A stretch of DNA of 60,667 bases, the filler included. It is 7 parts of 7 records of this genome, joined end to end, with 100 filler letters (N's around TTAATTAATTAA, not from the genome) between each part and the next. Parts side by side here need not be neighbours in the genome. Positions count along the whole stretch, not along the records: positions 30,291 to 35,508 come from SRR31156797_29887; positions 35,609 to 41,490 come from SRR31156797_29892; 5 more parts are not named here. One strand, written 5' to 3'. A program made the translations under genes and the position numbers. A model generated the notes under the pieces. That model made no database searches, was not told the DNA's origin, and was given only the letters and a program-made list of their open reading frames with translations. How positions within the stretch are numbered: position 1 is the first letter of the stretch; each line of letters begins with the position of its first letter. Below, piece by piece: positions 30,291-39,746 of the stretch.

Positions 30291-30481
30291 CCAAGGGCAC
30301 TTCCTTCGGGGCGCCTGCGGTAAAATTTTTCCAAGCCTTGATCTCGACCAAAATCCCTCACTTCTGGATGGGCACTTAAATAAAATAAGGAGGAACAAAA
30401 TGACGTAAGAACGAGGATGTGCAGGCAAGTAGAGGTGAACCAAACAATGGCGTATGCCAATTATAAACATTCACTATGTTA

Positions 30482-30641
30482 AGGGCTCGCGTAAAATAGC
30501 TACATCTTTTCAGTGCCCATCCATTCCGCTCACCTTCGTTACGAAAACAAAGGAATATGCCGGATATTCCATTTTTTTCGTGCCTTGTCGAGCGGTCTCC
30601 TGAACACTGACAATCTGCGAATTTATTATTGTGCGAACCCT
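30482..30641. mobile_element. 160-bp MITE-like element
   Basis: Imperfect terminal inverted repeats AGGGCTCGCGTAAAATA / TATTATTGTGCGAACCCT; no convincing coding content. Confidence 0.55.
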
Positions 30642-30658
30642 GAGGAGAAAAGGACAAC

Positions 30659-31474
30659 ATGAAACTTAGAGCAAGAGGAATAATGTTGGTTGTAGCGATG
30701 ATTATCTGTTCCATGAATGGAGAGGCATTGAGTCAGGAAACCACTACAAAGGAGGGGGTGAGAATCGTTCAGGTTGGTATGGACGGTAGTACGAAACCAT
30801 TTAATTATACGGATGAGAATAATAACCTTATTGGTTTCGAAATCGAAATCTTAAAAGAAATTGACTCACGACTGGATGATATTTCTTTTAAGTTCAATAT
30901 TACAGAATGGGATGCGTTGTTTGCTAGCCTTGATGCAAGAAGATACAATATGCTCTGTAATAACATCACATGGAAGAAAGAAAGAGAAGAAAAATACCTG
31001 TTTTCTTCTGAATACTATTTTAAGAATCACACCGTCTTGATAACACGGAAAGGTAAATCTGGCATCGAAACGATAGATGATTTACGAGGTAAATCAATAG
31101 AAGTCGAGTCTGGAGTTGCCACAACGTTGTTTCTGGAAAAATATAATACCATTCATAAAGATAATCCGATTAAACTCGTATATACAGATGCAAGTACTGC
31201 AGCGGTTATTAGTAATGTGCAAACAGGCAGATATCCTGCGGCGATATTTGCATCAACTTATATTGATGTTGTAGAGAGAGATTTGGGTATTGAAGTGGAT
31301 AGACATAGCATTCCAAATGAAAACGAAATTCAAAGTTCCGAAGCTTATTTCCTATTTGGAAAAGATGATGTTGAAATAGAAAAAAAGATTAGTTCAACCC
31401 TCAAACAAATGAAAGAAGATGGAACTATGGCAAAAGTTAGTATTAAATATTTTGGTGAGGATTATACAGAGTAA
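30659..31474 (+). CDS. Polar amino acid ABC substrate-binding protein (cystine/S-cysteine-like)
   Basis: Signal peptide, KPFNY.DE....GFEIE, W..LF.SLD, REEKYLFS, MKEDGT....S.KYFGED. Confidence 0.92.
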   Translation: MKLRARGIMLVVAMIICSMNGEALSQETTTKEGVRIVQVGMDGSTKPFNYTDENNNLIGFEIEILKEIDSRLDDISFKFNITEWDALFASLDARRYNMLCNNITWKKEREEKYLFSSEYYFKNHTVLITRKGKSGIETIDDLRGKSIEVESGVATTLFLEKYNTIHKDNPIKLVYTDASTAAVISNVQTGRYPAAIFASTYIDVVERDLGIEVDRHSIPNENEIQSSEAYFLFGKDDVEIEKKISSTLKQMKEDGTMAKVSIKYFGEDYTE

Positions 31475-31571
31475 TAATATTGTCCGGATAGGAGAATTGC
31501 CTCAGGGTTGATAGTTTGTGTGATTGATAACAAATTGTAATTACCAATTCACAAAAAAGCACTGATGCCTA

Positions 31572-31664
31572 AGCGGAGCGTTTCATATTTTAGAGGAGAT
31601 TGTTGTGAATCACATTGCCAATTCAACGAAAATTTATCGAAACTGAAATTTGAAATGCTCCGCT
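31572..31664. repeat. 93-bp element bounded by 19-bp inverted repeats
   Basis: AGCGGAGCGTTTCATATTT / AAATTTGAAATGCTCCGCT, 17 of 19 complementary. Confidence 0.65.
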
Positions 31665-31698
31665 CAAACAATGTTATCTGGATGAAGGATATAAGGAA

Positions 31699-32343
31699 AT
31701 GAATTTGGAAAAGATGAAATTGAGTTGTATTGATTGTGGTGTGATAAATTGCGAGGATGAAAGCAAAGCATATCCAGATTTTTGTTTAACAAATGAATTA
31801 GATACGGTAATACTTGAAAAAGTCTTAGAACGATATAAAGAAACTGAAAACAGTGCAATCGCAATAGCCTCCGCTAAAGTTGAAAATGATTATTATTGCG
31901 AAATTCCGCGTGTTGAAGAAATAGTAAAATTTGCAGAAAAGATGCATTTCAAAAAATTGGGGATAGCAACTTGTGTAGGCCTTATTCGGGAGAGTAGAGT
32001 GTTGGCGAAAATACTCCGAAACCGAGGGTTTGAGGTGTATGGTGTTGCCTGCAAGGTTGGCGTAATTCCGAAAACAAAAATTGAAATACCCGAAAGATGT
32101 CAAAAGATCGGTGCCAATATTTGCAATCCGATATTACAAGCGGAATTGCTAAATAAAGAACTTACTGATTTGAATATAGTCATGGGATTGTGTGTCGGCC
32201 ATGACAGCCTCTTTTATAAATATTCAGAAGCTATAGTGACTACGTTAGTGTGTAAAGATAGGGTGCTGGGTCATAATCCGGTCGCAGCGTTATATACAGC
32301 GAAGACTTATTATAGCAAGATACTGAAAAACGATAATAGCTAA
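31699..32343 (+). CDS. DUF1847-like metal-binding protein
   Basis: CxxCxxxxC, RVEEI..FA, GIATCVGL, CKVG, CNPI.QA, GLCVGHDSLF, KDRVLGHNP. Confidence 0.9.
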   Translation: MNLEKMKLSCIDCGVINCEDESKAYPDFCLTNELDTVILEKVLERYKETENSAIAIASAKVENDYYCEIPRVEEIVKFAEKMHFKKLGIATCVGLIRESRVLAKILRNRGFEVYGVACKVGVIPKTKIEIPERCQKIGANICNPILQAELLNKELTDLNIVMGLCVGHDSLFYKYSEAIVTTLVCKDRVLGHNPVAALYTAKTYYSKILKNDNS

Positions 32344-32407
32344 ACGATTTTAATGATATGTGCTTTGATAGAATAACTGCTGCTATAAGATATCCGGGAT
32401 TTATACT

Positions 32408-33130
32408 ATGTTAAACATTTTCAACCCAATATATATTTTCAAATCATTACCATACATTGTAGAAGCATTGCCGGTAACATTGGAGATGGCGGTGCTAGCA
32501 GCAATGATAGGATGGGGAGTAGGCTTTTTTATAGCTATTGTAAACATTAGAAAGGTCAAGTTCTTAACAAAGGTATGTACACTTTATGTCTCCTTTATGA
32601 GGGGGACACCAATGTTGGTTCAGCTATATTTATCTTACTATGGCATACCGATTACTTTAAAAATTATTGGTGATTTTTATGGGCAAGATTGGAATATAAA
32701 TTACATTTCTCCAATAGTGTTTGCGTTCGTGGCTTTTGGATTGAATGCAGCGGCATATAATTCCGAAACCATTCGTTCCGCTATTTTATCGGTAGATAGA
32801 AATGAAATTGATGCAGCAAAGTCAATGGGCATGACAGGGTTTCAAATTATGCGCCGTGTAATTTTACCCGAAGCAATGGTTGTAGCGATACCCAATCTTG
32901 GGAATAGCCTGATCAGCTTGCTAAAAGATACATCCATCGCCTTTACTATATCTGTCATGGATATAATGGGTGCCGCTAAAATGGTTGGCGGACGCAATTT
33001 GAGATACTTTGAGGTTTTTATTGCTGCGGCAATTGTATATTGGGTGGTATGCATTGTTATAGAATTCACGATAAAAAAAATAGAGAACAAGTTAGATGTG
33101 AAACAAAGAAAAATAGTAAAAGACAACTAA
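32408..33130 (+). CDS. Amino acid ABC transporter permease
   Basis: RGTPMLVQL, AAYNSE.IR, DAAKSMGMT, LLKDTS. Confidence 0.95.
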   Translation: MLNIFNPIYIFKSLPYIVEALPVTLEMAVLAAMIGWGVGFFIAIVNIRKVKFLTKVCTLYVSFMRGTPMLVQLYLSYYGIPITLKIIGDFYGQDWNINYISPIVFAFVAFGLNAAAYNSETIRSAILSVDRNEIDAAKSMGMTGFQIMRRVILPEAMVVAIPNLGNSLISLLKDTSIAFTISVMDIMGAAKMVGGRNLRYFEVFIAAAIVYWVVCIVIEFTIKKIENKLDVKQRKIVKDN

Positions 33131-33133
33131 ATT

Positions 33134-34270
33134 ATGGCAAAATACAACTTCGATGAAGAGACCGACAGGAAAAATACCTATTGTGAAAAATGGGATGATC
33201 AGGGGGGAGACTTTATTCCGTTATGGGTTGCTGATATGGATTTCAAAGCGCCTGAGCCTATTTTAGACGCTGTTAATGAAAGACTGAAGCATGGTGTTTT
33301 TGGTTACACCGATCAAAGTTGGGAGTTGTTGGATGTAGTCATAGATTTCTATAAAAAAAATTACCAAGCGACTATTGAGCCGGAATGGATAGTATGGATT
33401 CCAAGTGTTATGCCCGGTGCTAATATCGCTTGTCGAATCTGTGAAGGTGCAATAGTCTATAATACGCCGATGTACCCGCACATCCGAAGACTCAATGAAG
33501 AAGCAAATTGTGATTGTTATGAAATCCCATTAATTCATAAGAATAGACGGTATACTTTTGATTTTGAATCCATGGAAAGAATGTATACAGAAAATATAAA
33601 AGGGTTTTTATTGTGCAATCCCCATAATCCGGTAGCAAGAATATTCACAAGAACGGAGCTTCAAGGTGTAGTTGATTTTTGTGAAAGACACGATTTGTTT
33701 CTTGTTGCTGATGAAATACATTCTCAGCTTACTTTTGATGCAAAACATATCCCCATATTTACGCTCAATGAAAAAGCCAAGCAAAGAAGTATCACATTAA
33801 CAAGTGCCGCTAAAGCGTATAATATACCGTCAATGCCATTTGCTTTCGCAATTATTCCGAATGGAAAAATTAGAAAACGCTTTAAAGATGCATCAAAAGG
33901 GCTATTTCCAACAGCTAACTCTTTGACAATAAAAGCCATTAAAGCAGCCTATACTCAATGTGACGACTGGATGGATGAATTACTTACGTATCTGAAAAAG
34001 AACAGAGATTATGTGGAAAATAGAGTTTCTGAAATACCGGGATTGAAAATCAATCACAGTGAAGCAACATACCTGTCATGGATCGATGCAAGAGGGTGCC
34101 AGATGGATAACCCTTGGAGATTTTTCAGAGACGAGGCCGGAGTAAATTTCTCAAGAGGTGAAGAATTCGGCTGCCCAGGTTTTTTAAGATTAAATTTTGG
34201 ATGTACTTTAAAGCTTTTGGAAGAAGCATTTGATCGTGTTGAAAATGCAATCAGAAGAAATATGGGATAA
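33134..34270 (+). CDS. MalY/PatB-family PLP-dependent C-S lyase
   Basis: KWD, PLWVADMDF, HGVFGY, LCNPHNP, DEIH, SAAKAYN, EATYLSWID. Confidence 0.93.
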   Translation: MAKYNFDEETDRKNTYCEKWDDQGGDFIPLWVADMDFKAPEPILDAVNERLKHGVFGYTDQSWELLDVVIDFYKKNYQATIEPEWIVWIPSVMPGANIACRICEGAIVYNTPMYPHIRRLNEEANCDCYEIPLIHKNRRYTFDFESMERMYTENIKGFLLCNPHNPVARIFTRTELQGVVDFCERHDLFLVADEIHSQLTFDAKHIPIFTLNEKAKQRSITLTSAAKAYNIPSMPFAFAIIPNGKIRKRFKDASKGLFPTANSLTIKAIKAAYTQCDDWMDELLTYLKKNRDYVENRVSEIPGLKINHSEATYLSWIDARGCQMDNPWRFFRDEAGVNFSRGEEFGCPGFLRLNFGCTLKLLEEAFDRVENAIRRNMG

Positions 34271-34290
34271 GTCGGGGAGGAAAAGGGAAA

Positions 34291-35055
34291 ATGGATGAGC
34301 TAAACGGTGTGGCAGTTGTATGTATCGAAAAACTGTGGAAATCATTTGACGAACTAGAAGTGATAAAAGGTATCGATTTGGTTGTAAACAAAGGCGAGGT
34401 CGTTGCAATATTAGGTCCTAGTGGTTCCGGAAAAACAACATTCTTGAGATGTATAAATTTTCTCGAACATGCAGAGAAGGGCAAAGTATCTGTGAATGGT
34501 TATACCGTGCATTGTAGCGACAATAAAGCTATTAATAAAAAACGAATTCTTGAATTAAGAAAAAAAACCTCAATGGTATTTCAGAATTTCTGTTTAATAA
34601 GTCACAAAACTTTACTTGAAAATGTCATGGAAGGTTTGATTATTGTACAGAAGATGGATAAAAAGGAAGCTCGTACCAAAAGCAAAGCCATTCTTAAAAA
34701 AGTAGGGTTGGATGATAGATTAAATTATTATCCGCATATGCTTTCAGGCGGCCAACAACAACGAGCCGGTATTGCAAGAGCTTTAGTCCTAAACCCAAGT
34801 GTTATTTTGTTTGATGAACCGACATCCGCATTGGATCCAGAACTTAAAGGTGAGGTGCTGGATACGATGAAAGCAATTGCCGCAGAAGGCATCACAATGA
34901 TTGTCGTTACACATGAAATTTCGTTTGCTAAAGATGTCGCCTCCAGAATTATTTTTATGGACAATGGCGTAATTGTTGAGGAAGGACCTCCTGAGCAATT
35001 AATTTGCAATCCACAAAATGAAAGAACGAGAAGGTTTTTGCAAATGATCGATTAA
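34291..35055 (+). CDS. Amino acid ABC transporter ATP-binding protein
   Basis: [31 protein letters not shown]. Confidence 0.95.
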   Translation: MDELNGVAVVCIEKLWKSFDELEVIKGIDLVVNKGEVVAILGPSGSGKTTFLRCINFLEHAEKGKVSVNGYTVHCSDNKAINKKRILELRKKTSMVFQNFCLISHKTLLENVMEGLIIVQKMDKKEARTKSKAILKKVGLDDRLNYYPHMLSGGQQQRAGIARALVLNPSVILFDEPTSALDPELKGEVLDTMKAIAAEGITMIVVTHEISFAKDVASRIIFMDNGVIVEEGPPEQLICNPQNERTRRFLQMID

Positions 35056-35508
35056 AACAATATTAAGTGGGAGAAATAGCGTAAAATCATGACAATCCGC
35101 TGAAAAAGAGTAATTGTGACAGGTACTTAACACTTGGCACATATAAATACGTAGCTAATTCTCTTTTTAGGCGTTGTCGTCAGTGCATTACTAATCCTCA
35201 AAACACTGTTTTTTCCCAGACGAATCCGCAATCTGAAATATTTGCCTTCTTTTGGGATCGTTTATCAATGTTGAATCAAGTCTCAACATTTGTTCCATTG
35301 TATTGAAATCACCAAGTCTTGCTTTTCTTAGAAGGAATCCAGGGACTCATCCGTAAAAAAGCCAACACGAAGCAAACACTAAATAAAATCTCAGGTTTCT
35401 TTAAAAATTGCTTAAATATTTGATAAGCGTTCACGGGGTGTAACCCGAACTCATTATATCCAGGATAGATCAGGTAGAGTGTTTTGGAAATAGGATTTCA
35501 CGCAGTTT

Positions 35509-35608
35509 NNNNNNNNNNNNNNNNNNNNNNNNNNNNNNNNNNNNNNNNNNNNTTAATTAATTAANNNNNNNNNNNNNNNNNNNNNNNNNNNNNNNNNNNN
35601 NNNNNNNN
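35509..35608. other. Artificial contig spacer
   Basis: N run with TTAATTAATTAA. Confidence 0.99.
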
Positions 35609-35609
35609 G

Positions 35610-36950
35610 TTTTGTGTAGGGGATTATGATCAAAGTATCTATGCTTTTAATGGAAGTGATATTGGAATCATCTCCTCTTTTGATGAAAGATACACAGGAG
35701 CTTCAGTCCATACCTTAAATAAAAACTATCGATCTACTGCTCCCATTTTAAATCTTGCAAATAAAGTGATCCAAAACAATCCAAGAATTTATGAAAAATC
35801 ATTACAAGTGGTGAGACGTGAGGAAAATCACATCCCAAAACTTTTAAAATTTGATGAGCTCTATGACCAATATGAATTTATTGCTAAAAAGATCTCACAA
35901 AGCTTTACTGAGAGAAATGAGATAGCGATCATCTATAGAAATAATTCAAGTGCCGATGGAATCGAAGCAAACTTACGGGAGATGGGGATCGATTGTAAAA
36001 GAAAAGGTGGGCATAGCTTTTTTGACTCACGGGAGATAAAAGTAGTCCTTGATCTTATAGTCATGATGGTAAAACATAATGACATGATGGCCTTTATCCA
36101 CGTAGTAGAATATGGAAAAAACATAGGAAAAGCAATAGCAAAAGATATTTTTGAAGCACTTTTAAGAGTGGGTCATGGGAATATTATACATGGGCTTTTT
36201 AATCCTGATAATACTATCATCAAACCTTACAAAAGCAATAAAACTACCAATGTTCAACTTGGGCTTTTTGATGACTTTATAGAGATGGGAAGTACTGCAA
36301 AATTTAAAGACCTAGGGTGGGAGACAAAGTTTTTAAATAACTCTATCTTAAAACATCCAAAGCTTACCCTTGATGGAGGAATCTTTTTATATGATCTCTA
36401 TCTTTTACTCAAAGAGCTAAAACGGATAAAAAACCCTGCAAGTATGATCAAACATATTAGTGAGCATAAATTTTTCCAAACTATTTTAGATACTCTTTCT
36501 AACAACCGTGCAAAACAAAAAGATGGAACTATCAATCCAACTTTAAAACAAACAGCATTAGAAAAATCAAGAAGAAGAGTAGAGACTCTAAGACAACTCT
36601 CCCTAAGACATACAAATATGCATAACTTTATCAATGCTATGATCTTAGGTGGTGGAGAGATGAGTGAGGGTGGTGGAGTCAATCTTCTCTCAGTTCATGC
36701 TAGTAAAGGATTAGAGTTTAAAGAGGTATATGTGGTTGATCTTATGGATGGAAGATTTCCAAATCGAACTTTGATGAGTAAAGGTGGAAGTTTAGATGAA
36801 GAAAGACGCCTTTTTTATGTGGCAGTAACACGCGCAAAAGATATTTTATATCTTAGTTATGCAACTTACGATAGAATAAAAAAATTAGATTTTATCCATA
36901 GTCCATTTTTAAAAGAAGCTGGACTTATTGGGGATGAAGAAGGAAAATAG
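35610..36950 (+). CDS. UvrD/Rep-family helicase (5' truncated)
   Basis: FCVGDYDQSIY, NYRS, SVHASKGLEF, EERRLFYVAVTRAK. Confidence 0.93.
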   Translation, partial: FCVGDYDQSIYAFNGSDIGIISSFDERYTGASVHTLNKNYRSTAPILNLANKVIQNNPRIYEKSLQVVRREENHIPKLLKFDELYDQYEFIAKKISQSFTERNEIAIIYRNNSSADGIEANLREMGIDCKRKGGHSFFDSREIKVVLDLIVMMVKHNDMMAFIHVVEYGKNIGKAIAKDIFEALLRVGHGNIIHGLFNPDNTIIKPYKSNKTTNVQLGLFDDFIEMGSTAKFKDLGWETKFLNNSILKHPKLTLDGGIFLYDLYLLLKELKRIKNPASMIKHISEHKFFQTILDTLSNNRAKQKDGTINPTLKQTALEKSRRRVETLRQLSLRHTNMHNFINAMILGGGEMSEGGGVNLLSVHASKGLEFKEVYVVDLMDGRFPNRTLMSKGGSLDEERRLFYVAVTRAKDILYLSYATYDRIKKLDFIHSPFLKEAGLIGDEEGK

Positions 36951-37442
36951 ATGTTAGATACATTGCGGTTAAAGATCATATCATATATTTATAATATCTC
37001 AAAACAACCTGTAAAACTAGATAAACTGTTAGAAGCAAACTACCTTTATAATGAAGGGATGAAACTAGATGGTACAAAACTTGGATTTAGACTAAAGCTT
37101 GGAAAAGCCTACATAGTATTTTTACTTTTAGCTCATGTTGTCATTATCCCTGTAGCCTTTATCTCTCACGAGATATTTATCCATTTAGATTGTCATGCTT
37201 CAATTGTACTCGCTGTATTTTTTACAGCTTTACTTTTTGGTATCTTTAGCTTTTTTAAAGAGTGGACACGAGACTGTGTAACCAAACAAAGAATCAAACA
37301 TATGTGGAGTCTTCACTTTCCACACTTTCCCTTTGATGAGTTTAGTAAAGATGTAGCTGAAATATATGATGAAGCGATGAAAGAGGATATCAAACATGCC
37401 GATATGGAGATGTATATCCTAGATAAGCTTTCGGAGAAATAG
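36951..37442 (+). CDS. Hypothetical 2-TM membrane protein
   Basis: Abuts the helicase stop; two hydrophobic segments. Confidence 0.75.
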   Translation: MLDTLRLKIISYIYNISKQPVKLDKLLEANYLYNEGMKLDGTKLGFRLKLGKAYIVFLLLAHVVIIPVAFISHEIFIHLDCHASIVLAVFFTALLFGIFSFFKEWTRDCVTKQRIKHMWSLHFPHFPFDEFSKDVAEIYDEAMKEDIKHADMEMYILDKLSEK

Positions 37443-37443
37443 T

Positions 37444-37674
37444 ATGGAAGCAGTAATATATAGCTATAACGCCATGACATGGATCACATGGCTAGCACTT
37501 TTTATTCTTGGGTTTCGAGCAGTGATATCTTTTAATAATGCTTTTAAAGATTATAAAAGCTATGAAGAACTTAAAAATAGCAAAGATAAAAAAGCGATCG
37601 CTCAGTTTTACACCGCGATCATCGTCTCAGTTTTTTGTGTAGTGATATTTTTCCTACCCTATTTTATGAGCTAA
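37444..37674 (+). CDS. Small 2-TM membrane protein
   Basis: 76 aa, 1-nt gap, GGAG RBS. Confidence 0.7.
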   Translation: MEAVIYSYNAMTWITWLALFILGFRAVISFNNAFKDYKSYEELKNSKDKKAIAQFYTAIIVSVFCVVIFFLPYFMS

Positions 37675-37759
37675 AACTTCCTACTTTTTATACAATAAAC
37701 CTCTTTTAAAAACTCCAAATTTATACTAAACTTCTTTCAAATAAATTTGGAGTAAACCC

Positions 37760-38467
37760 TTGAAATATCTTTATATTCTAAAAACTGGTGACACCTTTGA
37801 AAGTACAAAAAAAGAACTTGGAGATTTTGAAGATTGGATCATCAAAGTCTTAAAAACCCCTAACAGACAAATCAAAACAATCGATATAGCCAAACATCAA
37901 ACACTCCCAAATCTGCAAAGTAGCAAAGGCTTTATCATAACTGGATCACACTCTATGGTAAGTGAAGAGTTAGAATGGAGTCTAAAACTAGAAACCTATA
38001 TCAAAAAAATCAAACAAAAAAATATCCCACTACTAGGTATCTGCTACGGACACCAACTAATAGCAAAAGCCTTAGGTGGAAAAAGTGATTTTAATAAAAA
38101 AGGGAAAGAGATAGGAAGTGTCAAAATAAAAAGACTTTTCAAAGCAAAAAATGACCCTATCCTAAAAAATATCCCAGTGAAATTTTACGCCCATGAAACC
38201 CACTACCAAAGTGCTATTAAACTCCCATGTGGTGCAATAGTCTTAGCCCAAAATACTCATGAAAGACACCAAGCAGTAAGATATAGCAAAACTATCTGGG
38301 GAGTACAGTTTCATCCTGAATTTGATAGTGATATTATGAAAGAATATATTGTAAAACAAAAAGAGAGTTTAGATAGGCTTGGGTTTGATATGAAGAGATT
38401 ACTTGATGGTGTGAAAGATTGTAGTATCAGTAGTCATGTGCTTAATAATTTTGAAGATATTTTATAA
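37760..38467 (+). CDS. Class I glutamine amidotransferase-like protein
   Basis: IITGS, LGICYGHQ, GVQFHPE catalytic triad. Confidence 0.92.
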   Translation: MKYLYILKTGDTFESTKKELGDFEDWIIKVLKTPNRQIKTIDIAKHQTLPNLQSSKGFIITGSHSMVSEELEWSLKLETYIKKIKQKNIPLLGICYGHQLIAKALGGKSDFNKKGKEIGSVKIKRLFKAKNDPILKNIPVKFYAHETHYQSAIKLPCGAIVLAQNTHERHQAVRYSKTIWGVQFHPEFDSDIMKEYIVKQKESLDRLGFDMKRLLDGVKDCSISSHVLNNFEDIL

Positions 38468-38473
38468 GATACT

Positions 38474-38722
38474 CTAAAACTTTCCTTCATAGAGGTCATA
38501 AATAGGAAAAGCTAGTTCATAATCATTCCACTCAATATCACCATACTCTAAAGTAAAGTTTTTAAAAAGCTCAATATTTTCGTATTTTTTTATATCAGGA
38601 TGTTGAGACTTTGAGATAAAATCTTTAAAATCTAAAGTGTTCTCTTTTCCATCATTAAACTTTAAATAAATTTTATATCCATCGATATATTTTGCTTCTT
38701 CAATTGATAAAAGCTTTGACAT
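38474..38722 (-). CDS. DUF2442-like protein (putative antitoxin)
   Basis: A.Y...YKI.LKFNDG....DF, F..F......W...LA....LY. Confidence 0.8.
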   Translation of the reverse strand: MSKLLSIEEAKYIDGYKIYLKFNDGKENTLDFKDFISKSQHPDIKKYENIELFKNFTLEYGDIEWNDYELAFPIYDLYEGKF

Positions 38723-39031
38723 CTATTTTACCCTTCCCTCAATTTTAATACATTGAACTGACTTGTGGTATACAAAATAATCAATCCATTTTTGTACAAT
38801 ATCCTCTTTAAACTTTTCTACAAAGTTTTTAAAATCTTTCAACTCTTTATTTGGAAGAGGACGTTTTCCTTTTACATCATGAATCTTTATTTCGATTATC
38901 TTACCATCAACAATTATAAACTCAGCCTTTGATTCAAATCCTTGATACTTTCCATGTACATGAATAGGTTCATGTTCATTACTATAAAACATGATTATTA
39001 TACCAAGGTATTCAAATATTTTTGGCATCAT
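38723..39031 (-). CDS. DUF4160-like protein (putative toxin)
   Basis: MPKIF...GI...FYSNEHEPIHVH, I.QKW..YF. Confidence 0.85.
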   Translation of the reverse strand: MMPKIFEYLGIIIMFYSNEHEPIHVHGKYQGFESKAEFIIVDGKIIEIKIHDVKGKRPLPNKELKDFKNFVEKFKEDIVQKWIDYFVYHKSVQCIKIEGRVK

Positions 39032-39093
39032 TTCCCTTTTTAAATTTTGTAGATTATATCAAAAAACAAGAATTAAAATCAATCAAATTCTAT

Positions 39094-39129
39094 TTGACAA
39101 TAAAATCCTAAAATTATATAATATATAAT
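39094..39129 (+). promoter_or_regulatory. Consensus sigma70 promoter with overlapping palindromic operator
   Basis: TTGACA-17-TATAAT; ATTATATA-A-TATATAAT palindrome over the -10. Confidence 0.7.
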
Positions 39130-39154
39130 AACTATTTTATATAAGGATTTATAT

Positions 39155-39436
39155 ATGTATACAATAGAACAACTAGAAAAACAACAAGTGGGTCTTCGAC
39201 TTCCAAAGTATCTTATAGAAGAGATAGATGCTTTTACAAAAGAGTATTCAATTAATAGAAGTGAGATCATCACAGAATCTATCAAAGCATTTATAAGTGA
39301 ACAAAAAAGTAGACAACTCTACGATAGCTTTGATAATGCTTCAAAAGAGTTAAAACAAATTGTAGAGAGTGGAGATGATTCTCACCTAGATACACTTGGA
39401 GAGTTTATAAATGAACTTGACAATCAAGCCTCTTGA
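39155..39436 (+). CDS. Ribbon-helix-helix antitoxin
   Basis: VGLRLP..L.EEID......NRSEII..SI; acidic C-terminus; overlaps the toxin gene. Confidence 0.8.
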   Translation: MYTIEQLEKQQVGLRLPKYLIEEIDAFTKEYSINRSEIITESIKAFISEQKSRQLYDSFDNASKELKQIVESGDDSHLDTLGEFINELDNQAS

Positions 39437-39743
39437 ATCTTTTAAAAAAGATGTGAAGAAACTTCTAAAAAAGTATAAAAATATTTCATCTGATCTTAAA
39501 CTACTTCAAAAAGAACTAGAAGCAAACCCTAAAGCAGGAATAGATCTAGGAAATAACTGTTATAAAATAAGAGTAGCCAATAGCTCAGTACCTACTGGAA
39601 AAAGTGGTGGCTTTCGAGTAGTGTATTATTATATAGATCAAAAAGGGGTAATCTATCTTATAAGTATCTTTTCAAAAAATGATATGGAGAATATTAGTGA
39701 TGAGAAGATATTGGAGATATTAGAGAAAAATATATTAGGTTAA
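39411..39743 (+). CDS. RelE/ParE-superfamily toxin
   Basis: FKKDVKKL.KKY, CYKIRVA..S...GKSGGFRVVYY, YL.SIFSK. Confidence 0.9.
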   Translation: MNLTIKPLESFKKDVKKLLKKYKNISSDLKLLQKELEANPKAGIDLGNNCYKIRVANSSVPTGKSGGFRVVYYYIDQKGVIYLISIFSKNDMENISDEKILEILEKNILG

Positions 39744-39746
39744 AAG

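Noticed and set aside
30239-30714. Short minus-strand ORFs near or crossing the spacer
   Set aside because: They run into Ns or overlap MITE-like repeats; no coding signal
30636-31510. AACCCTGAGG / CCTCAGGGTT inverted pair flanking the SBP gene (possible invertible segment or SAH riboswitch)
   Set aside because: Only 10 bp, does not extend, no recombinase nearby; the riboswitch core after GAGGAG is missing
35100-35508. Possible transposase remnant or IS end at the fragment end
   Set aside because: Only short frames without recognisable motifs; cannot be supported
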